Assembly (NCBI GenBank): GCA_963664395.2
Contig: OY761159.2
Coordinates: forward strand, 3,680,001 to 3,744,000
Origin: Candidatus Binatia bacterium
GTDB lineage: Bacteria; Desulfobacterota; Binatia; Bin18
Length of the DNA: 64,000 bases
Reading direction: 5' to 3'
The position numbers were made by a program, and so were the translations under genes. Under the pieces are notes generated by a model. It had not been told where the DNA came from. It ran no database searches and saw only the letters and a list, made by a program, of their open reading frames with translations. Below, in pieces: positions 37,106 to 47,615 of the stretch; positions within the stretch are counted from its first letter, which is position 1, and each line of letters opens with the position of its first letter.

Positions 37106-38257
37106 TCAGCGGACCACTGCCCGCAGGGCTTCGGCGAGAGCGATAATGTCTGCTTGCGTATTGTAGACATGCGGAGACACGCGAATGGAAGTGCCACGCT
37201 GTGAGACATAGACTGCGCGCTGGCGTAATTCTTCGAGAATGGCGGGAATCTGCTCGGCGTCGGCAAGACGAACACCAAACAGGTGGGCTGCACGCTCGTT
37301 TGGTGGCGCGACTGTGTATGGGGTCCCTTCAAGGGTATGAACGAGTTCTTTGCCAAGCCGCGCGCAGTAATGCTGAATATTGCTGACTCCCCATTCGCTG
37401 ATCTGCTTGAGAGCGGCGAGGAGCATGGGAATCATAATGAAATTCGAGCGCTCTCCGGTATCAAAGCGCCGAGCCCCTGGTTGGTATTCAGACTGATAAT
37501 TGATTAAGGCGCTAAAATTCTGACTATCTTTGCGGTTAATCCAGTTATGCTCAAATGGCTCCCCATTCAGCAAGCGATCCCCGACAGCCGCGAAGCTGTA
37601 CTGGTAGGGGCCAAGCAGCCATTTATAGCCGGCGCAGACCAAAAGATCGGGCTGAACCTGTTCGAAATCAAACGGCAGAGCGCCGACCGACTGGGTGCCG
37701 TCCACAATAAATAGCGCACCCACATCGCGGGCACGCTGTCCAATCTGCTCAAGCTCAAACAGGGTGCCATCTGTCCAGTGCACACTGCTCAGGGCAACGA
37801 CGGCAGTATCGGCATCGATGGCTTCGAGAAATCGTGTGTTCCAGACTTTTCCCGGTACGTGCGCTTCTCGGGGCCGGTCAACCCTGCGCAAGGTTGCTCG
37901 CGTGCGCTTGCACTGCTCCAGCCAGGGATAGACATTGCTCGGGAACTCTTCACCGGGAATCACGACGTTCTGTTCCGGTGTGAGCGGCAGGTTGTGTGTC
38001 GCGATGCTCATCCCATAGCTGACTGCAGGGACGAGGGCGATTCGCTCGGGCGAGGTGTGAACGAGTCGGGCGAACGCACGGCGCAATTCTTCTGCCGGCT
38101 CGAAAAAGTCTTCAGGCGTGATCTCGGCAGGAACGGCTTTGCGTCGCAGACCGTTGATGCCGGCCGTCTCAACGGCTTTCAGCAACGGCGACATATAGGC
38201 ACAGTTGAGGTAGTGCTGGCCGTCGGGCAAGGAAAATAAATCGCGCTGGCATTGCAT
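37106..38257 (-). CDS. Class V PLP-dependent enzyme (C-S lyase / CefD / EgtE-like)
   Basis: YLNCAYMSP, EFPSNVYPW, VDGTQSVGA, GYKWLLGP and IRVSPHVYN; lacks the catalytic Cys loop of IscS/SufS. Confidence 0.85.
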   Translation of the reverse strand: MQCQRDLFSLPDGQHYLNCAYMSPLLKAVETAGINGLRRKAVPAEITPEDFFEPAEELRRAFARLVHTSPERIALVPAVSYGMSIATHNLPLTPEQNVVIPGEEFPSNVYPWLEQCKRTRATLRRVDRPREAHVPGKVWNTRFLEAIDADTAVVALSSVHWTDGTLFELEQIGQRARDVGALFIVDGTQSVGALPFDFEQVQPDLLVCAGYKWLLGPYQYSFAAVGDRLLNGEPFEHNWINRKDSQNFSALINYQSEYQPGARRFDTGERSNFIMIPMLLAALKQISEWGVSNIQHYCARLGKELVHTLEGTPYTVAPPNERAAHLFGVRLADAEQIPAILEELRQRAVYVSQRGTSIRVSPHVYNTQADIIALAEALRAVVR

Positions 38258-38390
38258 CGGTGTGCTCGTTTCTCGGCTAGGCTCTATCCTGAGCAGTCAG
38301 TATTGAGGGGATCGTATCACGGTCCTGCACGGTAGGCGCGTAAGACAGGGATACGTGGTTTCCATTGTTTTCTTGTGCTAGCGTAACACT

Positions 38391-38792
38391 ATGGGCCGGG
38401 TTTACCAGCAGTATTGTGTCACCTTTCTTTTTCTGGTGTTGCTCCTGCATTGCACGCAGATGTGCCTTGCTGCCGGTCATACTCGGACGACCAGTGTATC
38501 TCCTCCTGATTCAGCTCAGAGCACTCAGACAGCTCCGTGTCATACACCGGACAGAGAGTCGCATTCCACCCCTGAGAAGTGTCCGGATTGCGGAGAGCAT
38601 TTCTTTCTCAAGCCTCTCGTGGTGGGAGGCCAGGAACTGTCTGCTGCTTCACCTGCGGCGCGTTTCCTCGCGTTCTCGGCCGCATCAGTGAGTGTCTCCT
38701 CCCGGCCAGTATCCCTTGACCTTCGACTCTCAGCAGGACGGGCTCAATATTCCGTCCCGCTATATCTATCCTTCTCTATTTTCCGTCTCTAA
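38391..38792 (+). CDS. Small exported Cys/His-containing leader ORF (DUF2946-like) upstream of cusCBA
   Basis: Hydrophobic N-terminus, CH and CPDC motifs, C-terminal VPLYLSFSIFRL. Confidence 0.55.
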   Translation: MGRVYQQYCVTFLFLVLLLHCTQMCLAAGHTRTTSVSPPDSAQSTQTAPCHTPDRESHSTPEKCPDCGEHFFLKPLVVGGQELSAASPAARFLAFSAASVSVSSRPVSLDLRLSAGRAQYSVPLYLSFSIFRL

Positions 38793-38922
38793 AGCTCCCA
38801 GGCTATCACCTGGACGGTGGTAGTTCTCATTTCTGTGCTGCGACGGCGCACTGACGTCGAACCGCGCTGTGTGTGTCTTTCGAAGACGCACAATACCACC
38901 AGTATTGAGAAAGTAGCCTCTT

Positions 38923-40374
38923 ATGATGAACGGTTTCGCGTGGCGATTCCTGATTATTGCACTTGCCGTTATAACTCCCCTGCCGTTGGGGTGCGCGACG
39001 GCTCCCATCTTCACTGCCCGTACCGGAGGAGGGCCATCTCCCATGCCTCAGAGCAAGGCTTTACGGCCTGTTCCGGGAGAAGATACGCTTGACACGGTCG
39101 CCGTCCCAAGGGGGAAGACGCAGTCTACCGCCTCCGCGACAGGACGATTTCCTGAGACTCTGCATGGCTATCTCGGCTCTGCGCTCGAAAACAGCGCTGG
39201 GCTGCGGGGGAGTTTTGCGGCCTATCAAGCGGCTCTCAAAAAACGTCCTCAAGTCACTGCTCTTGCTGACCCCCGACTGACCTATGGGTATTTCCTGCGT
39301 TCGGTTGAGACTCGGGTCGGAGCGCAGCAACATCGGCTCGGAATAACCCAAGCGTTTCCGTGGTTCGGAACGCTGACGCTACGTGGTGATGAGGCAGATT
39401 TCGAGGCGCGCGCGGCATTTTACCGTTTTCTGAGCCTCAAGAACGAACTCGTTTTTGATGTGACCAAGACGTATGCCGAACTGGTCTATCTGCATGCTGC
39501 GGTCCGCATTGCCGAAGAGACTCTCCAACTTGTTCAATCCTGGGAAAAAGTCCTCCAGGTCCGTTTTCGCTCTGGGATCGGGACACATAGCGATCTGGTC
39601 CGCGTGCAGACCGAGCTGGGACAATTAGAGGACCGCCTCGCGGAATTCCGTGAGGTCAGACAACCGACCCAAGTGGCGTTCAACGCACTGTTGAATCGTC
39701 CCACGACGGCACCTATTCACATTCCCCCCAGCCTGCTCCTGGACCCAGCTCTGGATGCAGAAGCGAGCGCCGCACGGCAGTTGACCGAAGAGACTGTCCT
39801 CACAGGCAATCCTGGGCTTGCGCGCTTGGATGCCCTCATTCAGGCGGGACGCGTGGGCGTCGAACTGGCCGGGAAGACGGCCTACCCCGATTTTACTCTC
39901 GGCCTTGATTATATCGCGACGGATAAGCGTCCGGGGCCAACGGACAGCGGCAAAGATGCTCTGCTGCCGACGCTCTCAATGACTCTCCCTATCTATTGGC
40001 AGAAGAATCAGGCGAGAGTCGAGGAAGCGGTCCTGCGGCAATACAGCCTCGAAGCGCAGCGTCGGGATAGCGCCGCTGTGTTAGCCTCAGACTTTGCCCG
40101 AGCGCGGTTTGCGCTGCGAGATGCCGAGCGCAAGACTGCTCTCTTTACCCATACGCTGCTGCCCAAAGCCGAAGAGTCTATTGAGGCCAGCTTTACTGCC
40201 TATGAAAGTGGCGAGGTCGGCTTCTTGGACGTGCTCGATTCAGGCCGGAGGTTGCTGGATTTCGAACTCTCGCTGAGCCGGGCACGAACGGATCGAGCCA
40301 TCGCCATCGCGAAGCTTTTTATGCTGAGCGGAGGATATAGCGATTTCCTCTCTGCTGAGGAGAGGGGAAGGTGA
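38923..40374 (+). CDS. cusC: TolC/CusC-family outer membrane factor (lipoprotein)
   Basis: PLGC lipobox, LADP.L.YG, QAFPWFG.L, YPDF.LG and YESGE..FLDVLD. Confidence 0.85.
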   Translation: MMNGFAWRFLIIALAVITPLPLGCATAPIFTARTGGGPSPMPQSKALRPVPGEDTLDTVAVPRGKTQSTASATGRFPETLHGYLGSALENSAGLRGSFAAYQAALKKRPQVTALADPRLTYGYFLRSVETRVGAQQHRLGITQAFPWFGTLTLRGDEADFEARAAFYRFLSLKNELVFDVTKTYAELVYLHAAVRIAEETLQLVQSWEKVLQVRFRSGIGTHSDLVRVQTELGQLEDRLAEFREVRQPTQVAFNALLNRPTTAPIHIPPSLLLDPALDAEASAARQLTEETVLTGNPGLARLDALIQAGRVGVELAGKTAYPDFTLGLDYIATDKRPGPTDSGKDALLPTLSMTLPIYWQKNQARVEEAVLRQYSLEAQRRDSAAVLASDFARARFALRDAERKTALFTHTLLPKAEESIEASFTAYESGEVGFLDVLDSGRRLLDFELSLSRARTDRAIAIAKLFMLSGGYSDFLSAEERGR

Positions 40375-41744
40375 ATCAAATGGGGAATATCAACGTTTTC
40401 GTGATGAAGGGTTTACTCCTGTGTCTGACGATATTGACCTGGTGTGGAAATGGTATTGCTCAGCACGCAGGTCATGACACACAGGGACACGCCTGGCAGG
40501 CCACCGCCCCGCACGGAGAAGAGCCGGAGACCACCGGTCAGGAGATTATGCTCAGTGACTCGGCCAAGAGATTGATCCAGCTTGAGACCGCGCTGGTGGA
40601 ACGGAAATGGGTCGAGCGGCAGGTGCGGCTCGTCGGGAAGATTGATTATGACGAAACGCGGCTCAAGCATATTACTGCCTGGGTGCCCGGACGCGTGGAC
40701 CGCCTGTACGTGAACTATACCGGGATTCGCGTCAACAAGGGTGACCACATGGTCTCTCTCTACAGCCCGGAATTACTCTCTGCTCAGGAAGAGCTTATCC
40801 AGACCGCCCGTTCACTCGACCGGCTGCGTGAGAGCACCAGTACCATCGTGAAACGCTCTTCAGCGCGCTCGGTGCAAGCCGCCCGCGACAAGCTGCGCCT
40901 TTTGGGACTGACGGGCACACAGGTACGCCAGATTGAGAAGCAGGGGCAGGCCGATGAGCATGTCACCATCTACGCTCCTATGGGCGGGATTGTGGTGGAG
41001 AAGCAGATCAACGAGGGCATGTATGTGAACACCGGCACCAGGATTTACACGATTGCCGATCTGTCACATCTATGGCTGTATCTGGACGCCTATGAATCTG
41101 ATCTGCCCTGGATTCGCTATGGGCAAGCGGTGGCATTTCGTACCGAGGCATTCCCCGGAGAAGAATTTCACGGAGTGGTCTCGTTCGTTCAGCCTTTCCT
41201 TGACGCGAGAACACGGACAGTCCGGGTGCGAGTGAATGTTGAAAATCCTGACCTCGGGCTGAAGCCGGGGTTGTTCGCCACCGCAACGATCAAGGCTCAG
41301 ATTTCGGACCGGGGAACCGTCATAGGTCCTTCTTATACCGGGCAGTATATCTGCCCCATGCATCCCGAGGTGATCCGTGAGGCGGCGGGAAGTTGCCCGA
41401 TTTGCGGAATGCCTCTGGTCCTGGCCGACAATTTCCCGCTGGTTGGCCACAACCATGAGCACGAGGCCGGGCCACCGCTGGTTATTCCGGCGTCGGCGCC
41501 GCTCATTACCGGGAAGCGCGCCATTGTGTACGTGCAGAAGCCGGGCACTGGGGCGTACGAGGGCCGAACCATTACGCTCGGTCCACGCGCGGGGGACTAT
41601 TACATTGTCAAAGCGGGGCTCCACGAGGGGGAGCGTATCGTTTCAAGCGGCTCGTTCAAAATTGATGCAGACCTCCAGATTCAGGGTAAACGCAGCATGA
41701 TGAATCCACACGGTGGGCGGGCAGGTGGTGCCCCTAGGCATTGA
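40371..41744 (+). CDS. cusB: CusB-family periplasmic adaptor with internal heavy-metal-binding domain
   Basis: YSPELLSAQEEL, IADLS..W, TRTVRVR, YICPMHP...CPICGMPL. Confidence 0.9.
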   Translation: MNQMGNINVFVMKGLLLCLTILTWCGNGIAQHAGHDTQGHAWQATAPHGEEPETTGQEIMLSDSAKRLIQLETALVERKWVERQVRLVGKIDYDETRLKHITAWVPGRVDRLYVNYTGIRVNKGDHMVSLYSPELLSAQEELIQTARSLDRLRESTSTIVKRSSARSVQAARDKLRLLGLTGTQVRQIEKQGQADEHVTIYAPMGGIVVEKQINEGMYVNTGTRIYTIADLSHLWLYLDAYESDLPWIRYGQAVAFRTEAFPGEEFHGVVSFVQPFLDARTRTVRVRVNVENPDLGLKPGLFATATIKAQISDRGTVIGPSYTGQYICPMHPEVIREAAGSCPICGMPLVLADNFPLVGHNHEHEAGPPLVIPASAPLITGKRAIVYVQKPGTGAYEGRTITLGPRAGDYYIVKAGLHEGERIVSSGSFKIDADLQIQGKRSMMNPHGGRAGGAPRH

Positions 41745-41770
41745 ATCCCAGACATACCCCGGAGTGCATT

Positions 41771-44700
41771 ATGAACGCGGTCATTCGTTTTTGCCTGGAA
41801 AATAAGTGGATCGTTCCCCTCTTCATTGTCTGCATTACTGCGTGGGGCGTCATGGTCGCCCCTTTTGATTGGAAGCTCGATTTCCTCCCTCGAAATCCTG
41901 TTCCGGTTGATGCCATCCCGGACATTGGCGAGAATCAGCAAATTGTCTTTACGAAATGGCCGGGACGGTCTCCGCGTGATGTTGAGGACCAAATCAGCTA
42001 TCCGCTGACGGTTTCCCTGCTGGGGCTGCCCGGTGTCAAAACCATCCGGAGCTTTTCCTATTTTGGATACTCATCCATCTACATCATTTTTAAGGATGAA
42101 GTTGACTTCTACTGGTCTCGTTCCAGGGTGTCGGAGAAACTCTCCAGTCTTCCACAGGGTCTGTTACCGGACGATGTTTCTCCCGCCCTGGGACCGGATG
42201 CGACCGCCCTGGGGCAAATCTTTTGGTATACGCTCGAAGGCCGTGATCCTGAGGGCAATCCGACCGGTGGCTGGAATCTGGACGAGATTCGTAGTGTTCA
42301 GGATTGGTACGTCCGCTATGCGTTGCAAGGGGCGGACGGAGTCGCCGAAGTGGCCTCCATCGGCGGGTTTGTCAAAGAGTACCAAATCGACATCAACCCC
42401 GATGCGCTTCGGGCGTATGACGTCAGTCTTGCCCAGATCATAAACGCGGTCCGGAATTCCAATCTCGATGTCGGTGCGCGAACTATCGAAGTGAACCGGG
42501 TGGAATATGTCATCCGCGGTGTGGGCTTTATCCGGACGCTCCAGGATATCGAGGACATCGCTATCACCGTTCGGGAGAACAATATCCCGGTTCAGGTCAA
42601 AGACGTTGCTCATGTCCACCTTGGGCCGGCGCTGCGACGCGGAGCGCTCGATAAAAACGGAGCTGAGGTCGTGGGCGGGGTCGTGGTTGTCCGCTACGGC
42701 GAGAATCCACTCGCTATAATCCAAAACGTGCGGGCGAAGATTGACGAAATCTCTCCCGGAATGCCGGAAAAGGCCTTAGCCGACGGCACGGTGTCAAAAC
42801 TCACGATCGTGCCTTTCTATGACCGGACCGGATTGATTCTTGAGACCCTCGGGACGCTCAAGGCCGCACTGACGGAAGAAATCCTCGTGACCGGCATCGT
42901 GGTAGTCGTCATGGTCTTCCACCTGATGAGTGCCGTCTTGATTGCTCTTGTGCTTCCCCTGGCAATCCTTATTGCCTTTATCCTCATGCAATTGTCCCAG
43001 GTGCAGGCCAATATTATGGCGCTCTCCGGCATTGCCATCGCCATTGGCACCATGGTCGATATGGGCATTGTGCTGTGTGAGAACATTCTCTTTCATCTCA
43101 ACGCCGCCCCAGCCGATAAGAGCCGCCTGGAGATAGTCTATGAAGCAACTATCGAGGTTGCGGGGGCGGTGCGTACCGCAGTCCTGACAACGGTTGTGAG
43201 TTTTGTGCCCGTGTTCGCCCTGCAGGCCGCGGAAGGAAAACTGTTTGCGCCACTGGCGTACACCAAGACCTTTGCCCTGCTTGGAGCGCTGTTTGTTTCG
43301 TTCATCCTTATCCCACCGGCCGCCCATTTCCTTTTTCGTGACTGGACGGGGCGACGCAGACTGAGGCAAGGACTGTCTCTTGCAGAGGTTGTTGCGGGCC
43401 TCCTGCTGGTTGGGACCTACGCTTTTCCCGGCCTCGTCCTGATGCTGCTGGGTGTCTCTAGCTTGGTGCGTGAGACGTTTCCCTCTCGTTATGCGTGGTT
43501 TTCCCGTTACGAAGGCTACGTCGTTCCGGCTGCCGTTATTGTGATCACGCTGTTCTTTCTTGTCCGGTCTTGGCTCCCCCTTGGCGTAGAAACAGGAACG
43601 CCCATCAACATGGTCTGTGTGGGAGTACTGATTGCTCTGTCGCTGACCTTCTTCAAGTTTTTTCAGGACGTATACCCACGCCTGCTCGGCTGGTGCCTCC
43701 AACACAAACTCCTATTTGCCGTCATTCCTCTCAGCGCGGTGGTCGCAGGTGGAGCGATTTGGTCCCGTATGGGCGAGGAGTTTATGCCGCCGCTCGACGA
43801 GGGGTCTTTTCTGTATATGCCAACGACCATGCCGCATGCGTCCATTGGAGAGGCGCTGGACGTGGTGAAGAAGCTCGATATGGCAGTCGCTTCGATTCCC
43901 GAGGTCGAATTGAGCGTGGGGAAACTGGGACGAGTCGATTCTTCACTCGACCCGGCTCCTATTTCCATGTTTGAGAACGTGATCAACTACAAGTCGGAGT
44001 ACATCGTCGATGCCAATGGATATCCGGCCTATTTTCGCTATGACGCAGCCGCTGACGCATTTGTTCGCGATGCGCAGGGACGGCTTATTCCAGACCCGAA
44101 CGGGCGACCGTATCGACAGTGGCGGTCTCATATTCGTACTCCCGATGATATCTGGAATGAAATCGTCCAGGTCACCAAAATCCCAGGCGTCACGTCCGCG
44201 CCTAAGCTCCAACCCATTGCCGCTCGGATCATGATGCTGCAATCCGGGATGCGTGCGCCCATGGGCGTAAAAGTGAAAGGGCCGACCCTGGAAATTATTG
44301 ATAGCGTCGGACAGCAAATTGAAACGTGGCTGAAAGAGGTGCCGACGATCGAACCGGCAACCGTTGTCGCCGACCGCGTCATTGGCAAGCCGTATCTGGA
44401 GATTCGTATTAACCGTGCTCAGATCGCCCGCTATGGGCTCACGATCAAGGATGTCCAGGACATTATCGAAGTCGCCGTCGGTGGAAAGACGTTGACCCTG
44501 ACGATTGAAGGACGCGAGCGGTATCCGGTGCGGATTCGGTATCTCCGAGAACTCCGCAACGACCTGGAAACGTTGGGCGGGATTCTCATCCCTACGCCAC
44601 TCGGACAACATATCCCGCTGCGCGAGCTTGCAGATATTGCGTTCGAACGCCGGGCTCAAGTGATCAAGAGCGAGGATACCTTCCTGACGAGCTATGTGGT

Positions 44701-45442
44701 CTTTGACAAAAAGCCCGGCCAGGCCGAAGTTGAAGTCGTCGAGGCGGCACAGGCATATCTGCAAGACAAAATTGCGCGCGGCGAGTGGCAAATACCAGCA
44801 GGAGTCAGTTACACCTTTGCCGGCAGTTATGAGAACCAGCTCCGGGCAAAGAAGCGCTTACGAATCGTTATTCCGCTCACTCTCTTTGTGATTTTTCTCA
44901 TCCTGTATCTGCAATTCCGCTCGGCCCTGACGACCTTATTTATCTTCTCGGGTATCTTTGTCGCGTGGGCAGGCGGGTTTCTGATGTTATGGCTGTATGC
45001 CCAAGACTGGTTCTTGAATTTCGCTGTGGGGGAAACAAATTTCCGTGACCTGTTTCAGGTCCGTCCCTTTAATTTGAGCGTAGCGGTGTGGGTCGGCTTT
45101 ATTGCACTGTTTGGGATTGCGACGGATAACGGAGTCCTGATGGCAACCTATCTCAAACAGAGGTTTGACAAACACGCGCCCGGAACGAGAGAGGAAATTC
45201 GGGCTGCGGTCCTTGAGGCAGCTCAACGGCGTATCCGGCCGGCATTGATGACTACGGCAACGACACTCTTGGCCCTCTTACCCGTGCTCACCTCGCGGGG
45301 CCGTGGGGCCGATATCATGGTGCCGATGGCCATCCCGTCTTTCGGCGGCATGGCCATCGCTCTGCTGACCGTATTTGTCGTGCCGGTCCTGTACTGTGGG
45401 GTCGCGGAGTTCAAGGCTCAAAGACAGGCTGAGGGCCTATAG
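41771..45442 (+). CDS. cusA: CusA/SilA-family heavy-metal RND permease (Cu/Ag)
   Basis: DAIPDIGENQQIV, GPDATALGQ, IAIAIGTMVD, EFMPPLDEG..LYMP, RIRPALMT and PMAIPSFGG. Confidence 0.93.
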   Translation: MNAVIRFCLENKWIVPLFIVCITAWGVMVAPFDWKLDFLPRNPVPVDAIPDIGENQQIVFTKWPGRSPRDVEDQISYPLTVSLLGLPGVKTIRSFSYFGYSSIYIIFKDEVDFYWSRSRVSEKLSSLPQGLLPDDVSPALGPDATALGQIFWYTLEGRDPEGNPTGGWNLDEIRSVQDWYVRYALQGADGVAEVASIGGFVKEYQIDINPDALRAYDVSLAQIINAVRNSNLDVGARTIEVNRVEYVIRGVGFIRTLQDIEDIAITVRENNIPVQVKDVAHVHLGPALRRGALDKNGAEVVGGVVVVRYGENPLAIIQNVRAKIDEISPGMPEKALADGTVSKLTIVPFYDRTGLILETLGTLKAALTEEILVTGIVVVVMVFHLMSAVLIALVLPLAILIAFILMQLSQVQANIMALSGIAIAIGTMVDMGIVLCENILFHLNAAPADKSRLEIVYEATIEVAGAVRTAVLTTVVSFVPVFALQAAEGKLFAPLAYTKTFALLGALFVSFILIPPAAHFLFRDWTGRRRLRQGLSLAEVVAGLLLVGTYAFPGLVLMLLGVSSLVRETFPSRYAWFSRYEGYVVPAAVIVITLFFLVRSWLPLGVETGTPINMVCVGVLIALSLTFFKFFQDVYPRLLGWCLQHKLLFAVIPLSAVVAGGAIWSRMGEEFMPPLDEGSFLYMPTTMPHASIGEALDVVKKLDMAVASIPEVELSVGKLGRVDSSLDPAPISMFENVINYKSEYIVDANGYPAYFRYDAAADAFVRDAQGRLIPDPNGRPYRQWRSHIRTPDDIWNEIVQVTKIPGVTSAPKLQPIAARIMMLQSGMRAPMGVKVKGPTLEIIDSVGQQIETWLKEVPTIEPATVVADRVIGKPYLEIRINRAQIARYGLTIKDVQDIIEVAVGGKTLTLTIEGRERYPVRIRYLRELRNDLETLGGILIPTPLGQHIPLRELADIAFERRAQVIKSEDTFLTSYVVFDKKPGQAEVEVVEAAQAYLQDKIARGEWQIPAGVSYTFAGSYENQLRAKKRLRIVIPLTLFVIFLILYLQFRSALTTLFIFSGIFVAWAGGFLMLWLYAQDWFLNFAVGETNFRDLFQVRPFNLSVAVWVGFIALFGIATDNGVLMATYLKQRFDKHAPGTREEIRAAVLEAAQRRIRPALMTTATTLLALLPVLTSRGRGADIMVPMAIPSFGGMAIALLTVFVVPVLYCGVAEFKAQRQAEGL

Positions 45443-45522
45443 AGCACGCATCGGACATTTATGAGATAGCTTCTAAATACATTGGGCTGAAAAACTCTGT
45501 CTTAATAAAGGGAAGGTCAGGA

Positions 45523-46166
45523 ATGTATATTGGTGAAGAGCAGACGTTAGCGGGCCGCCCAATGCGAAAGATCCGTGACGTCCTTGCTACAGCACTAGAA
45601 CCTCCATGCAAATTGGGAATCCGTCCGTTTCAGGACGTGCTGGGGTTGGACAAGGAAACTGCGCTGGAAGTGGCGCAGTCCTTAGAGCGAACCTACCTCC
45701 AACCTGATCATGACGAGATATTTAAGATTCGGCCCCCTCGTTCTGAAACCGTCCATAATTGGACACTGACAGGAGATGGGGTCAGGCTTGCTAAAGCGAG
45801 AGATATTCGCATATCACGTGCCGAAGCAAAAGCGGGCGTGGAGAGTTGCATTGAGGCAATTCGCAAATTAACGTGGATGATGACTTGGCTTACCGAGTCG
45901 AAGTTGCGATCGTCTTCGGTAGTTATCTGGGAGAGGAAGATTTACTCGGTGACGTCGATATAGGTATCAAATTGGTTGCTCGGTTTGGCGAGTCTCAAAA
46001 ACAAGCCGCCCTGGAGAAGTCGAAACACGATGTGAGTCAAGACCCGCTCTGCAATTGGCCGAGGCAAGAGGTGTGGAATGTTCTTGATGATCTATGCTCG
46101 GATGTCGTGGACATTAATGACCTCTGTCTAGTTGATCCAAAGGAATCTGAACAGATATTTTCTTGA
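45523..46166 (+). pseudogene. Frameshifted protein: wHTH-like N-terminus plus Pol-beta-type nucleotidyltransferase domain
   Basis: The second frame carries IVFGSYL...LGDVDIG (GS..DxD). Adding one A at about 45865-45867 (CGCAAATTAAC) joins the frames as RKINVDDDLAY. Confidence 0.6.
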
Positions 46167-46241
46167 GAGTAGAAGAGTGGAGGAGATAATCTTTGCATAT
46201 AGAGATCGGGCAGGAGGATAGAACTGCTTAAGTTCTCCAAG

Positions 46242-46568
46242 CTAGAGCGCGAGGTAAACAGTCTCGTCCTCGATTTTTGCCCGGTACGTCGTAGCCTGGG
46301 CTGGCCGCTGACTCTCTCCGGTCCGAAGATCAAAGCGCCAGCCGTGCATCGGGCATTTGATGCCACCTGCACTATCTATGTAGCCGCGAATCAGAGGTCC
46401 CTTACGGTGAGGGCAGCGGTTATTGATGGCAAAGACTGTTCCGTCGATATTGAAGAGAGCGATCTCTACGCCGCTGACTGTTATGAGCTTCCGTTTCCCT
46501 GGGGGAAGTTCGTCGGCCTGGCAGGCTGCTTGCCAACCGCTTTCTGTAGGAGCGTGCGACAACGGCAT
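46242..46568 (-). CDS. Rieske [2Fe-2S] ferredoxin (NirD-like)
   Basis: NRCPH.KGPL and CPMHGWRFDLRTG. Confidence 0.92.
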   Translation of the reverse strand: MPLSHAPTESGWQAACQADELPPGKRKLITVSGVEIALFNIDGTVFAINNRCPHRKGPLIRGYIDSAGGIKCPMHGWRFDLRTGESQRPAQATTYRAKIEDETVYLAL

Positions 46569-46588
46569 AAATCAGGCACACAGTATTC

Positions 46589-47554
46589 CTAGGGGAGATA
46601 GCCCCAGAGTTTGACAATATCGTGTGGGTTGCCATTGCAGTACGCTTTATATTTCAGCACGGTATCAATGCCGTCACAGGTGCGCTCCAGATTAGTGTCC
46701 ATGCCTGGAAAATCGCCCCAGCCGTGGTCGTTTCTATTGTCCAGAATCCAAGTGAGGCCACGCATAATGGTTTCACGCTTTTGGTGGTCTTCCAGCATGT
46801 GTGTCACCAACATGAGCGACCGCGTACAGTCCATGGTGTGGTCTACGTTTTCTTCGTCCCACGCCCCTTCTTGGGCTTGCCAGTCACACAACCGCGCCGC
46901 TCCTTTGGCACACGCCTCGCGGACCCCATTGACCCGTTGACCAATAACCAGATCGGCGACCAGCGCGTCTTGGATTAAGTGGGCGGTAATCTCCACGCCA
47001 GACGGGTGAAATTCCTCGTCATACCAACCGCCATCTGTACTTTGGTTTGCGATAATAAATCGTATACCCTGCTCCCAGGCACGCCGGACCTCTTGCTGCC
47101 TATGGGCTTCGCGTAAGGCTATAACCACATTAAAAAAACTGACGGGATGGCTGGTCGTATCCAAGTTGGCCCAGGCCGGGTCAACCCACCGACCGTCCTG
47201 GTGCTGGGTATCCAGAAAATAGTCAATGGACTGCTGGACCGCCTGGGTCAGTTGATCGTGCTGAAGAAAACGGTTGCCACGAATAAGCATCAGACCGCAG
47301 AACGCAGACACCCATACGGTACTCTCAGTATCGGAAGAGAGCGGACTCCAGCCTCCGTCCATATTTTGGCAGTCCACGAGAGCAATATAGTCGTCAAGGA
47401 AGTCTGGAGTGCTCTGCGCGTGCAAGAGGACGCGCAGAGCGTGTGCGACAAGCTCCAGGTCCTGGGGACCAGCGGTCAGACTCCAGTTGTTCCGCTCGCG
47501 TAAGAAAAACGCGTATTCGTCTTTAATGAGCGTGTCAATTCTCTGCAAGTCCAT
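46589..47554 (-). CDS. Prenyltransferase/squalene-oxidase (QW) repeat alpha-barrel protein
   Basis: QNMDGGW, QHQDGRW, QSTDGGW, QAQEGAW and NDHGWG repeats; no DxDD motif. Confidence 0.8.
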   Translation of the reverse strand: MDLQRIDTLIKDEYAFFLRERNNWSLTAGPQDLELVAHALRVLLHAQSTPDFLDDYIALVDCQNMDGGWSPLSSDTESTVWVSAFCGLMLIRGNRFLQHDQLTQAVQQSIDYFLDTQHQDGRWVDPAWANLDTTSHPVSFFNVVIALREAHRQQEVRRAWEQGIRFIIANQSTDGGWYDEEFHPSGVEITAHLIQDALVADLVIGQRVNGVREACAKGAARLCDWQAQEGAWDEENVDHTMDCTRSLMLVTHMLEDHQKRETIMRGLTWILDNRNDHGWGDFPGMDTNLERTCDGIDTVLKYKAYCNGNPHDIVKLWGYLP

Positions 47555-47615
47555 AGGTCACTCCGCGTGAAGTGGTGAAGCAAGCCCGACTGCTCGTAGC
47601 TACTCGTACCTCGTC

